This document shows, piece by piece, positions 24,101 to 37,217 of a DNA stretch of 64,000 bases. A model generated the notes under the pieces. It had not been told where the DNA came from. It saw nothing but the letters and a program-made list of their open reading frames with translations, and searched no databases. The DNA comes from Eledone cirrhosa (taxonomy: Eukaryota), in contig OZ024742.1 in assembly GCA_964016885.1 (NCBI GenBank), positions 290,222,001-290,286,000 on the forward strand, given 5' to 3'. Position 1 is the first letter of the stretch; the number at the start of each line of letters is the position of its first letter. The translations under genes and the position numbers were made by a program.

Positions 24101-25560
24101 CCCTTTAGCATTCACATTGAATTGTCAAATGTCATGTTCATCTATTCGCATTATTTTCACTTAATTATACTCAAGAGGGTTATCAATTTTATTTGTTTGT
24201 AATTACTTTAATTTTCTATGTGCAGACTTGAAATTTTGTCAGTAGATGTTTAAATAACTATAATTTACAATTATATATTTTTACCTGATTTTTTTTGTCA
24301 AATTTGACTTTTATGGGCAGGTGAAATTAATTAACAGGTGTAAAAGTAATAACTTTATGGATAAACACAAAAATTTAAACTTTATCTGTTAGATTTGTTG
24401 CAAAAAAATCCAATAATGACCTAGATGCTGATTTCCATCAATTCTAGCAGTTTTCTGAACAGGTGAATTAATTAAAAATGCAGGTGTAATCAGTACACGG
24501 TTTTAGTCTTTCTCTACATTCCAGGCAAATATTTTCATTGAAAAAAATGTATAAAACCTTTTCACCGGTCAAAATAATATTGGCAATGTACTCTGTAAAT
24601 GTACGGTGTAAAATTACGTAATAGAAAGTTCCCAATATATAAGTTTATACACACTTTTAAATTTGTCTGACAATATTTCAATTAATGGTCGTACTTTGTA
24701 CAGTGGGTCGTAATTTGATTCATTTCTACCAGGGGCATTTGAAGTATCAACCAGATGCAAATACTGGTTTAATTTAATGAATCTCGTTTTTGCCATAATA
24801 CTAGATATATAAGGGTCACCAAACCTTATATCAGTACTCCAATAATTCCACAGTCGTGGAAATTGTTTAATACCAAACATAATATTTATGGTAAAAAACG
24901 CTTTCATTTCGGCAGAATCTGTCGGACAACATAACAGATCGGGTTTTCCGATATAAGAAATTTGTTGTTGTGCATAGCGATTTGCCACAACTTCGAAGAA
25001 AGATTGTGGTAAAAATAAAAAATAATAATCCAGTGCTTTAGCATCGGGTGGTAATGTGTGTTGTGGTCCAATATTTTCAGTAAAATCCGAAACATGTATC
25101 GATGTTGTTTCTTTCAACCACGTTGCTGTTTTTTCAATGGTGTCAGTCAAATCTTCTCTTTCACTTTCAAAGTAACTATCATCATTATCAGATATATCAG
25201 AAATAAATATATCTGATTCGTTTGAAGATAAATCACTGATATTATCTTCTGTTTCTTTTTGATCTCGAATGTCGTCGGACGTAAAACCTTCAAATTCGTT
25301 GTCGCTACTTTCGGAAGCCATGTTACACATTCAACGTTAAAAACACGTGTTATCGCAAGTTCTTTCACTATACTAAGAGTTAATTTTCGCGCGTAAGGGC
25401 TTTATCTCGCAGTAATCTCGAATTGACGAGATTTCGATGATGTCAATGTTTATTTTTAGAAGGAAATCTCCGTGTGGTATTAAATGTCGGTTTTTGTCGG
25501 TTTGAATAAATGAAAGGGGACATAATCTTGTCGGTTTTTGTCGCTTTGAATGCTAAAGGG
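24101..25560 (-). mobile_element. Internally deleted piggyBac element, copy 2 (inverted, sharing TTAA 24097-24100)
   Basis: Same TIRs, TTAA at 25561-25564. Open 238-aa ORF 24614..25330 that stops before the catalytic DDD core. Confidence 0.93.
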
Positions 25561-25744
25561 TTAAACCATATATTTGTTGTTACAGCTCTCACCTGTACCT
25601 GACCTCCTATGAGGCTGTATCTCCTAGGGTGTTTCTCAGGAGTTTTAATGATAAGGGCCCCAGTTCTATCATATATATATATATAATTATGTTGAAATAG
25701 TATGTGTAACGGCTTGTACGATTGTGAAAGCTTCGTAGGGGGTT

Positions 25745-25781
<37 letters not shown>

Positions 25782-25959
25782 GTGTTAAAAATTGAATGTA
25801 TAAGCCATTATGGTTCTCACTTCCCACCCCCTGCCCCACCTCCACCACATTCGGTATACATGCCCGATGCTGTATGCTAACCATTCCCTCGTGAATATAT
25901 CATAGAACAGACAAGGGTTGGACGGAGGCTCTGTAAGCCGCAATGTAGGCAACTCGTCT

Positions 25960-27945
25960 AGGAGAGCAACCACTCCGAATAAATTGGTGCTGGGTAGAGA
26001 AGTCCCTTAAGTCCAGTAAGACAACTTCCCTAGTGCTGGTGGCACGAATAAAAGCACCCAGTCCATGCTGTAAAAATGGAGGGGGAGTTAGGACCCCTGA
26101 GTCCAGTAAGACATCCTCTCTAGTGCTGGTGGCACGAATAAAAGCACCCAGTCCATGCTGTAAAATGGAGCTGGTGTTAGGAAGGGCATCCAACCAGTAT
26201 ATATACTACTGCCAAAAACTATGAGTACAACAAATGAAAGTTGCAACAACTGCGTCAACAACAATAACACTAACCATGTTAGGGCTGCGCACAGTAGTGG
26301 GGTGGCTGGTGCAGTCATGTGCGAGAACCCCCGTCATCAAGCAATCGCACAACAGGAGCAAGAATATGAAGATGTTGCATCTCAGAGTTGCCACACTTAA
26401 TGCTGGCACTCTAACAGGTAGATCTGGTGAGATAGTGGAGATGCTGGAGAGAAGGCATGTGGATGTGTGCTGCGTGAAAGAGGTGAGATGGCGAGGTGCC
26501 TCTGCAAAACTAAACATAGGCAAACATCTTAGTTATAAGCTTTTCTGGGTTGGTAACGATGATGGATTAGGTGGGGTAGGCATTTAACTAGCTGAGAGAT
26601 GGATCGATAAGACAATAGAGGTAGTTTGAGTCAATAATAGAATAATTAAGCTTAGATTAGTTGTAGGCAAGAGATTGCTGATAATCATTTCTGCCTATGC
26701 TCCCCAGGCAGGCCTAGGTAAAGAAGAGCAACTTTTAGAAACAGCCGCAATGACAGAGGACGGAGACATCATTATACTAGTAGAGGACTTCAATAGTCAT
26801 GATGGACAGCTCCAGGATGGATACACTGGGGTACATGGTGGTCATGGTTATGGCTCAAGAAATGAAGAAGAAGTGAGGCTTTTTGAATTTTGTGATGCAA
26901 GTGCACTAACCATTTGCAACACTAACTTCAAGAAACCTACCAACCACCTAATAACCTACAAATCAGGCGAGCACATAAGCTAGGTTGACTTCTTGCTAGT
27001 TAGGCAGCGAGACAGACAGATGGTGTCAAATACTAAGGCATATCCCTAGGAAGAATGTACCCCACAGCATAGGTTAGTTGTTAGTGACATCTTAGTAAGC
27101 AAGAGACAAAAGGAGACATACAGGAAGGTATGGAAAAGAAAGGTCTGGAAGCTAAAAGACCTTTCACTAAAATATGGATTTAGAAAAGATGTGTTTGACG
27201 AAAATGAAGACGATTTAGAATCGTATGACATAGATGATAACTGGAATTTCTTACGTGACAACTTACTGCAGGCTACTGATGAGTGACCTGGTGGTGGAAC
27301 AGCTTGGTAGATAGGGCCATTAGAGACAAAAGACTAGCATGGAATGCTTGGAAAAATGGAGGGAGTAGAGATAGATACACAGCTGCTAAGAGAGAAGCTA
27401 GACGTCAGGTGTACTTAGCACACAGGGAGGCTGAGAGTAGGTTTGCCAATGTTCTGCGATGGGAAGATCAGAGACGTGCGGTGTTCTGCATTGCAAGACT
27501 GTGTCAGTGCAAATCAGGATGTTGTTGGAGATAAGTGTGTCCGGAATGATGCCGGTGTACTTAGTGTCACGAATGATCAGAAAAAGGAGGCCTGGAAATG
27601 TCATCATGAGAGGCTGATGAATGTCGAGAACGAATGGCAGAGAGAGAAATTACCCCCCAGTAGATCTGACAGCGGGACCAGCTATTGAGATTGACAAATA
27701 TAGGGTCCAAGAGGCAATTAAGGAAATGAAAAATGGTAAGGTCGCTGGATCGTCGGGGATAGTTTCTGAGATGCTGAGGGCATCAGGAGAAGTAGGCACT
27801 AAACTGGTTGCAAGCATCACCAATCAAGCTATATATGGCGGTGTCATACCCAAAGATGGTGCAGCAGTATTCTCATAAATTGCTACAAAGGTAAAGGGGA
27901 TGCTCTGGAGAGGAGCAATTATAGGGGCGTAAAGCTGATGGATCA
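25960..27945 (+). mobile_element. Degraded RTE LINE, 5' part (APE endonuclease to start of RT)
   Basis: VATLNAGTLTGR, DVCCVKEVRW, SAYAPQ, YKGKGDALERSNYRG with many stops. ~65-bp tandem duplication at 26010-26165. Confidence 0.85.
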
Positions 27946-27954
27946 GCTTTATGC

Positions 27955-29225
27955 CCCTACCTACCACAGTGCGGACTGCGACACAGATCACTCCCTTGTT
28001 ACCAGCAAGGTGCGCATGTCACTCAGGAAAATGCACGACTCCAAGAAGAAAGGACGCCCATGCATCAACACCTGCTGCGCCAACAATCCAGAGAAGACTA
28101 AGCAGTTCCTGAGCAACTTTGGCGAAAACCTTGCCGAAAAGATGCCCACCGCCGACACTATCAACACCATTGACTCTGGGTAGTCTCACCTCTGGGACTC
28201 TGTCTATAACGCCGCTATCTCTGCCTATGGGAAGAAGGAGCGCAAGAACGCCAACTGGTATGAGGCCCACTGGAAGGAGATGGAACCTGTGACCATGGTG
28301 AAGAGAAAAGCCCTCCTGGTTTACGAGGCAGCGACAAACCACAGCACACTAGCTGCACTTAGGGCCGCCAGGAAAGCATCCCAACAGACCGCCCGCAGAT
28401 GTGCCAACACCTACTGGCTGGATCTCTGCAACAGCATCCAGGCAGCCACCGAATCAGGCAACGCAAGAGGGATGTATGAGGGAATCAAGAAAGTGACCGG
28501 GCCCACCCCCACCAGGTCGGCACCACTCAAGTCCAAGTCAGGCGACGTGATCACCAATCAAGGGAAGCAACTATAGCAATGGGTGGAGCACTACCTCAAG
28601 TTGTACGCAACCCAGAGCGTCATCACCAACTCCGCCCTTGTTGCCATCCCCGACCTGCCGGTGGTGGAAGAGCTCGACATGTCGCCCACATGGGAGGAGC
28701 TCGGGAAACCCATTGACTGCCTCGCCAATGGGAGGGCCCCGGGGAGCAACGGCATACCTGCGGAACTTCTGAAGCACGGGATACCTGCGCTGATCCAGCC
28801 CTCCTCTGCTGGGAGAGGGGACACATACCCCAGGACAGGCGTGATGTTATCATCATCACCTTGTACAAGAACAAGGGAGACAGAAGTGACTGCAACAGCT
28901 ATCGAGGTTCTCCCTTCTTAACATCGTGGGAAAGGTGTTTGCCTGAGTTGTCCTGACTCGTCTGCAGACCCTTGCCTGCCGCGTCCACCCTGAGTCTCAG
29001 TGCGGCTTCCGTGCTGGACGATCAACTGTGGATATAGTGTTCTCATTGTGCCAACTTCAAGAGAAATGTCAGGAGCAGCAGATGCCTCTCTACCTCGCCT
29101 TCGTCGACTTGACGAAGGTGTTTGACCTGGTCAGCAGGAGCAGACTCTTCAAGCTTCTTCAGAAGATTGGCTGACTCCACACCTGCTTGCTGTTGTCATC
29201 TCGTTCCACGAGAACATGCACAGTT
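27955..29225 (+). mobile_element. Internal fragment of a different, GC-rich RTE/BovB-like LINE
   Basis: ADCDTDHSLV (APE end), APGSNGIPAE, HPESQCGFRAGRST, QEKCQEQQMPLYLAFVDLTK. Confidence 0.85.
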
Positions 29226-29229
29226 TTAT

Positions 29230-29735
29230 TTTTTAAGTTTGTCTTCATGACTTGTTCTTTCGATCTCACTCGATAAACCCGCCATTGGCTTTGATGACGG
29301 CCTCAAGGTGGCCTCGGAACCAGCTACAGGCCTTCGTCACTGTCCCCCGACTTAGGCCTCTAAAGGCACTTGTGATCCTGGCCTTCAGATTGTCTTTCGT
29401 ATTGCAGCTAGATCTGTTGGTGTCTCGTTCCACTGCGCCCCACACAAAGAAGTCGAGGGGGTTGCAGTCAGGCGAGCTGCAAGGCCAGATGTCAGGTGAA
29501 GTGTGGTCAACGAAGTTCTCTGACAGCCAGGCTTGGTCTTTCGGCTGGTATGGCAGGGTGCTGAGTCTTGCTGGCACAGATACGGCCTACCTGCAGCTAC
29601 CTGGTCGATCCAGGGCTTTACTACCTTGCTCAGAATGTGGATGTAGCCATCGGTGTTCAGCTTGAGGCCCTCAGGGAAGAAGTGAGGTGGCATGACGTCA
29701 CCTTGACTGCTGACGACACCTAAGACCAATGTTGC
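29230..29735 (-). mobile_element. Tc1/mariner transposase fragment, DD37D (maT-like)
   Basis: QQDSAPCHTS...WPCSSPDCNPLDFFVWG. 37 residues between the 2nd and 3rd catalytic Asp after correcting one 1-nt frameshift. Confidence 0.8.
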
Positions 29736-29780
29736 CATATACATGTATATACATATACATGTATATACATATACATATAT

Positions 29781-30225
29781 ATACAGATATCTATCTATCT
29801 ACACGAGAATGCTGAGGATGGCTCTGAACATTAATCAGTATACACTGAGGATGAAGAACTCAGAACTGTATGGGAGCCTCCCAAATGTCAACTCAAAAGT
29901 GACACAGAGGAGACTGAAGTTAGCTGGACATGTTCACCGACATCCAGAGTTGAAACTGCACTCAGTGCTCCTGTGGGAGCCCCTGCATGGACACACTGGA
30001 AGAGGAAGAACGAAGTCAACATATGTTGATATACAGATATATATATATGCAGTTTCAACTCTGGATGTCGGTGAACATGTCCAGCTAACCTCAGTCTCCT
30101 CTGTGTCACTTTTGAGTTGACTTTGGGAGGCTCCCATACAGCCCTGAGTTCTTCATCCTCAGTGTATACTGATTAAAGTTCACAGCCATCCTCAGCATTC
30201 TCGTGTACATAGATAGATATCTGTA
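29781..30225. repeat. Fold-back inverted repeat (~180-bp arms) of a LINE C-terminal fragment
   Basis: 29781-29961 is the imperfect reverse complement of 30048-30225. Encodes RRLKLAGHVHRH. Confidence 0.9.
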
Positions 30226-30960
30226 TCATCATCATCACCGTTTTACGTCTGTTCTTCCATGCTAGCATGGGTTAGACGGGTTGTCCTGTTGCGGGCAGTG
30301 TCCGGTCGGCTGACCTTGTCTTGCTCATATGGGAACTGATTCTGGCTTGATTTTTACAGCTGGATGCCCTTCCTAACACCAACCTCATTTACAGTGAGTG
30401 CTGGGTGCTTTTTTTTCGTGGCGCCTACACGTCCACTTTACAGTGTGGGATGGGTGCTTTTTTGCTGTGGCACCTCCACGACCACTTTGCAGTGGGAGGG
30501 TGTGGGGGCATATTGTCTATATGCTTCAACTTGGGCTTGTACCCGTGGGGGGTCGGCTCTTCTTTATTACTGCGTGACGCCAGAGGTCACGGTCATGTGT
30601 CATCACCCTTGAGAGGTGTAATTGGGTAAGGTCGGCTTTTATCACCTCATCCCAGGTCTTCTTGGGTCTCCCCACTCCGCGGTTTCCATCGACTTCTAGT
30701 GCTCTGCACCTTTTTATGCAGCTGTCATCCTTCATACGCATCACATGTCTATACCAACGCAACCGCCTCTCCTGCACACAGCATTTGATTCCTCTTATGC
30801 TCAGTCTCTCTCTCAATTCATTTATGCTTTGCCGTTTGCGTATATTACTATTACACATCCATCAGAGCATGCAGGCTTCGCTTCTCTCTAATTTACGCAA
30901 TTCTTCCACAGACAGCGCCCAGGTCTCACTACCACGTAACATTTCTGTTCGAATACACCA
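30226..30960 (-). mobile_element. RTE subfamily B 3' fragment
   Basis: Colinear with 37218-37945; (CAT)n tail on the + strand. Confidence 0.9.
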
Positions 30961-30987
30961 CATCATATATATTTATATGTATATATC

Positions 30988-31044
<57 letters not shown>

Positions 31045-31364
31045 CGAAGGAAGTGTGGTAAGGAACCAGATGGACCATAACGCACCAGAGTACTCAATAC
31101 TTAGGATAGTAGAGTGGGTAATAGGAATATGATTAACCCTGACGGCAGAGCTCAAGCCGTTTTGATGGCTATTTCTGGACTCAGAAATAGCTGTTGAGGG
31201 TTAAACATTTTCCTATATATATATATATCAGGGGTGGAGAGTCCGTGCATGCAATGCATGCAGTGTATGTGTTATAGAATCTTGAGCTGATCAATTGCGT
31301 CGGTTGAAGCAAGCAGAAGTTTGGCTGCTTACTAAAACGTATAGACACAAAAAAGGATAACACA

Positions 31365-31397
<33 letters not shown>

Positions 31398-31729
31398 GGC
31401 AGCTTTGGGGCAAGCAGAATTTTGACTGCTTACTAAATCGTAGACACATAAAAAGATAACACACACACTAGATAACACTACATGCGGCTTTGACCGGGAG
31501 GGTCATTTAGAGGGAATTGGTGGTGGTAGTGGTGGTGGTGGTGGGGGGGGGGGCTAAGGCTGCACAGCCCCACTTTCCACCATGGCGATTGGACTGCATG
31601 CCCTGCTTTCCAGGTTACCCTTCGCCACTGATATATATATATGTAAAAGGAAAACAGAAATAACAACACAATCGGTACAGTATATGGAAGGTATATATTA
31701 GTTTAACGCTTGATGTAGCAGGAAGAGGG

Positions 31730-31765
31730 TCTTAACGTTTCGGACGCTAGTCCTTCATCAGAAGA
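31730..31765 (-). ncRNA. Minimal type I hammerhead ribozyme motif (Penelope-associated type)
   Basis: Minus strand TCTT-CTGATGA-A-GGAC-TAGC-GTCC-GAAACGT-T-AAGA: intact core, stem I TCTT/AAGA, stem II GGAC/GTCC, palindromic ACGT stem III. Confidence 0.75.
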
Positions 31766-31799
31766 AAGAATGAGAAATAAAATAGATTAAGGGGACGGG

Positions 31800-33350
31800 C
31801 GGGATGGAATTGATCTTTTTCCAGTTAGCCTTGTAGAAGTTAAGGCTTGATAAGTTCCCGGTGCTTCTTGATGGTTGTGTCTCTGTTGACTCTCTCGGAC
31901 CACATATCATTAGTTCTACTAAGTTATGATCCGAGAAAATCGTTGGTGTCACCTTTACATTGTGGATGAGCACTGCATTGTTTGTAAAGCAGAGATCCAG
32001 GATATACTCGCCTCTTGTTGGGAGGAATACTGCCTGTTCCATGAACAGCCTGTGTGTATGGGCTAGCAGGGACTAGTCTGTCTCTGTTCTAGTGATGTCA
32101 TTCCAAGGAGGAGGTGGCTCTCAGGCCATTTGACCTTTGGCAGGTTAAAGTCTCCCAGCAGCAGAATGTTGAGAACCTGGTCCAGTTTGTCAAGGACCTC
32201 TTCTATCTTTCTGAGGCTATCCTCAAATTTACCCTCTTGACTAGGGGCATCGGGTTGCCGATATGTGACACATATTACAGTTTTTAGTTGATCCATATGT
32301 ACTATCAGTGTGTCACAGACTGAGTTTGAATGTGTCAACAGTACAAAGGGTGTGACATCTTCATGGATATACAGAGCAACCCCACCATGAGATCTCTCCT
32401 TCCTGTCTGAACGAAATACAGTATATTTTGGTAGATGTATTTCCGCATCTGCTATACTGCTTGTCTGGTGCGTTTTGGTTAGTGCCATGCATATTGCTTA
32501 ATTGCTTATGGCTAAGTCTCTCAGGTAGGAAATTGTACTTATGTTAGTGTGTTTCATCAGACCTCTGACATTCAACAGCAGCACTGGTATCACATTAGGG
32601 GTGTCAGCAATGGCTGTCAGTGTGGCACCTGGCCTGGTGTCAGCAGCAGCCACCCTGGGTCCCTTAATTGTGGTGGTCTCGAGTTCTGGTGTGAGTGACC
32701 CTGGCTCTAAAAACGATGCAGCCAGGTCAGTTGCCCCACAATCCTCTCCGCCATCTCTATAAAATCTTTTGCTCTGCTTCCACCGTCTGTATCTCATCTG
32801 CATATGCGTGCATCGGTTCTGGTTTTGGCTGGGGCATTTTGTGTGAGTAGGTTGGGCGTAGCTCACTTGGGGCCTGGGGTAAGTGAATCTACAGCCTGTC
32901 TCTGTTTCTCCATGCCAGCAGGTCCCGTTCCTGAAGAACTTGTATGTAACCTGGGTTTTCTTGCTCCCAGTGTCTCAGTGCCTTCTGTTCTTCCTTTGGA
33001 CAGTTGTCCACTGGTCCATTTCTGCTTGGTTATCTTTTGGAGGGGGATTTCGCTTCTCACCTTTACCGCTTGCTTGTTGGTTGCCCGGCCTGCCTTCCTT
33101 GACTGTGGCGGCAGATATCTCATTTGCTTTCAGGTCCTTGTTTGTGCTTTCTTCCTTTTCGTTTTCTTTCTCCCCGTTTTTCTCTTCCTTGAGTACACGG
33201 ATTAGCATGGCCATGTGTAGCGCTATGAGGACTTAGGCCCTCTCAATTTCTCTTCTTTTTCTGTCTATTTGCGCGAAAGTCCTCAGAAAGCCACGGTTCT
33301 TCAGAGTCTCCGCAATCGTTTTGGTTGGTGAGTAATTTAAGGAGCGATTT
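31800..33350 (-). mobile_element. CR1/L2-group LINE 5' portion (ORF1 remnant plus APE endonuclease), 3' part missing
   Basis: LLLNVRGL, RSDRKERSHGGVALYI, LLLGDFNLP, PTRGEYILDLCFTN, FSDHNLV. Confidence 0.8.
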
Positions 33351-33388
33351 AGATATATATATGTATATATATATGTATATATATATGT

Positions 33389-33580
33389 CCTGGGGTCCCT
33401 ATCATTCCACTGCAAAGTGGTCGTGTAGGCACCACGGAAAAAAAGCACCCAGTACTCACAGTAATTGAGGTTGGTGTTAGGAAGGGCATCCAGCTGTAGA
33501 AATCGAGCCAGAATCAGTTCCCGTCCAACCCTTGCAACCAGGGAAAAAGCAGACGTAAAACGAAATGAAATGAAATGATG
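33389..33580 (+). mobile_element. SINE family 2, 3' half
   Basis: Matches 44530-44723; (GAAAT)n tail. Confidence 0.8.
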
Positions 33581-33975
33581 AGTGGGAAATGAAATTTCAT
33601 TTCATTTTTCCGTTTATCGTTTTCGGTGCACCCGGCCGATTAACCCACTCGATATGCAAATTGGGATACTCAGCCGTTAATATGCATAAGGAAAGTATAT
33701 ACTTTCGGACATTCAACTATCTGGTAGGAAGGTATACGTTGCTGACGATAGCTAACAAGCTTGAAACTAGTACAGCGTTCCTTTGTCAGTGTTGAACAAA
33801 CGAGCAATTGTGGTTGCTAGACACTATGGCTTAATACGGGATGTTTGTTTACAAACACACCGAGCATTATAATAAATGTTCGGTGAATCCATACGTACAT
33901 ATGTATATGTGTGCATGTATGTATGTATATATACATACTACTGTACTATACTATATGTATGTACGTATACATACT

Positions 33976-34043
<68 letters not shown>

Positions 34044-34324
34044 GAAGGAAATGTGGTAAGGAACCAGGTGGACCATAACGCACCAAAGTACTCAATACTT
34101 GGGGTAGTAGAGTGGGTAATAGGAACCAGTAAGACCCTGACAGCTGAGCTCAAGCCGTTTCGACGGCTAATTCTGGACGGAATTAGCCGTCGAAACGGCT
34201 TGAGCTCAGCTGTCGGGGTCTTACTGGTTTATATATATATGTATATGTATACACATATATGTATGTATATGTATATATGTATATGTATGTATATATATAT
34301 ATGTATATATATATGTATATATGA

Positions 34325-36528
34325 ATCATCATCATCATCATCATCAACGTTTAACGTCCGTGTTCCACGCTTGCATGGGTTTGGACGGGGGTATTCCCAC
34401 TTGAGGCAAGAGTGATTGTCTTGCTCGCATAGGACTGTCTGGCAGGTTTTCTACAGTTGGATGCCCTTCCTAACACCAACCACATTTACAGTGTGGGACT
34501 GGGAGGTTTTTACCGTGTTGCCTACACGGCCACATTACAGCGTGGACTGTGTGTTTTTTTGTCGTGACACCTACACGGTCTCATTTGTTTCGGCCTGGAT
34601 GTTGTGGCACCAACATAACTTTACATAGGAGGGGGTGGTGTGGATGGGGGTGTGGGTGGTGGGACGGGAGTGTATTTTGTTAGAGATGCCTACTGGCTGT
34701 ATTAGGTTTTACTATGTATTTAGGTAAGGCGGGTCTTCTCTATTACTGAGTACCGCCAAAGGTCTCGGTCCAGTGACATTGTCTTGGAGAGGTGTAAGTG
34801 TGTGAGGTCGGAGTTTATCAGCTCGTCCCAGGATTTTCTAGGTCTGCCTATTCCGTGGCTATCGTCTATCTTTATTGCCCTGCACTTTGTTATACAGCTA
34901 TCGTCTTTCATGCGCATCACGTGACCATACCAACGTAGCCTTCTCTCGAGTAAACAACATCTGATCCCTCTTATTTCTAATTTTTTCCTTAGTTCGTTTA
35001 TGCTTTGCCGTTCACGTATATTACTATTACACATCCAGCGGAGCATGCAAGCTTCTTTCCTCTCTAGTCTGCGTATATCCTCTGCACACAATGCCCAGGT
35101 CTCACTGCCATGCAACATTGTTGTTCCTATGCAGGCATCATACAACCTGCCTTTCATTTTTAGGGAGAACCCTTTAGTGGCTAATAGTGGTATAAGCTCT
35201 CTGAACTTTTCCCATCCAGTTCTGACTCTAGCTACTGTACTTTCAGAGCACCCTCCCCCACTGCTGATTTTGTCACCCAGGTAACGGAAGCTGTCCACTA
35301 TTTCTATAGAACCCTCTGCGCAGTTGAAAGAGCTAGTATTTTGTGGGCACTTGCTGCTACTTATTGCACCAGAGCACCGGCCACATGTAAAATCTATGTT
35401 CTTAGTTAGCTTACCTGTGATCCCACTACATCTTTTATGCACCCATACTTTGCATTTGGGACACAAAATGGAGTTTCTACCTACGCCTTTCCTACACACT
35501 GAGCATGGCCACTTCCCGGAAGGGACCGCCGCCTTATTTTCTTTCCTACAAACTAGAACTTTGGTCTTAGCCAGGTTAATTTTAAGGCCTTTTGATTCTA
35601 GGCCATGCTTCCATGTTTGGAATTTCTTCTCTATCTCGGCCATTGATTCAGCTATGAGTGTTAGGTCATCTGCGTATAGGAGTTCCCATGGGCAGCCGGT
35701 CTTGAACTCCTCTGTTATAGCCTGAAGGGCAATAATAAATAGTAGGGACACCAACTTTTACGCTAAACTCTTCACTATATTCGTTGTTAATTCTAACCTT
35801 GCTGACTGTTTCTTTATACAAGGCTTGTATAGCTCTCACAAGCCATTCGTCAACACCTAGTTTTCTAAGAGCCCACCAGATAATGGAACGAGGGACTCTG
35901 TCGAAGGCTTTCTCCAAGTCGACAAAAGCTAAGTATAGGGTTTACTTTTAGCTAGGTACTACTCCTGTAGTTGTCGTACAATGAAAAGAGCGTCTGTGGT
36001 ACTTTTGCCTGACACAAACCCGAACTGCATTTCATCTAGATCAATTCTCTCTCTGATTAGTTGCACTATTACTTTTTCCGTGACCTTCATGACCTGGTTG
36101 ATTAATTTAATGCCTCTATAGTTACTCCTATCTAGGGCATCTCCTTTACCCTTATAACGGTTAACGATGATGCTGCTACGCCAGTCCTTCGGAACAACCC
36201 CATTCTGTACGACTTGGTTAACTATCCGGGTGACCATGGTGTGTCCCACCGTACCAGATGCCTTCAGCATCTCGGCAACTATTTCCGAAGGCCCAGCCGC
36301 CTTATCCGTCTTCATATCCTTGATTGCCTTACTTATTATACTACCCTCGACTAACATTGCTGGTCCCTCTATTGGCTCGATGTGGGGGAGACTGTCTTTC
36401 CCCCATTTATTCTCCTTATTTAGTAGCCTTTCATAGTGACACTTCCAAGCTACCTTCTTATCAGCGTCGGTGATGGCAAGTACGCCGTCATCATTAAGTA
36501 CACACTTCTCCCCGACAATATCACGGTT
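34325..36528 (-). mobile_element. 5'-truncated RTE LINE (subfamily A), frameshifted
   Basis: ORFs 35959..36645, 35666..35917 and 34720..35754 contain YADD and the PHD insert. (CAT)n tail. Confidence 0.93.
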
Positions 36529-36585
36529 TATATATATATATATATATATACATATGTATATATATATATATATATATACATACAT

Positions 36586-36897
36586 GGAGGCACATGACTT
36601 AGTGGTTAGAGCATTGGCCTTGCAATCGAAAGGTTGTAAGTTCAATTCTCAGACCGGGTGATGTGTTGTTTCCTTGAGCAAGACACTTTATTTCACATTG
36701 CTCCAGTTTACTCAGCTGTAGAAATGAGATGATAGGACTGGGCCCCTATCATTCCACTGCAAAGTGGTCATGGAGGTGCCACGGCAAAAATGAGGTTGGT
36801 GTTAGGAAGGGCATCCAGCTGTAGAAATTAGGCCAAAATCAGTTCCCATCCCACCCTTGCAAGCAGGGAAAAGCGGACGTAAAATGAAAAAAATGAA
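36586..36897 (+). mobile_element. tRNA-derived SINE, family 2
   Basis: A/B boxes, CCTTGAGCAAGACACT central domain, RTE-like 3' end. Confidence 0.85.
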
Positions 36898-36914
36898 TAT
36901 ATATATATATGTAC

Positions 36915-36965
<51 letters not shown>

Positions 36966-37217
36966 CATATAGGCAACCACCTCTCCTGCACACAGTATTT
37001 GATTCCTCTTAAGCTCAGTCTCTCTCTCAATTTAATCATGCTTTGCCGTTCGCGTATATTACTATTACACATCCATCAGAGCATGCAGGCTTTGCTTCTT
37101 TCTAATCTACGCAATTCTTCCACAGACAGCGCCCAGGTCTCACTACCACGTAACATTTCTGTTTGAATACACCACATCATATATATTAATATGTATATAT
37201 CTATATGTATATATATA

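Noticed and set aside
33841-34415. YI/IY-repeat ORFs here and at 42259-42491, 43588-44047 and similar sites
   Set aside because: Translations of (TA)n microsatellites.
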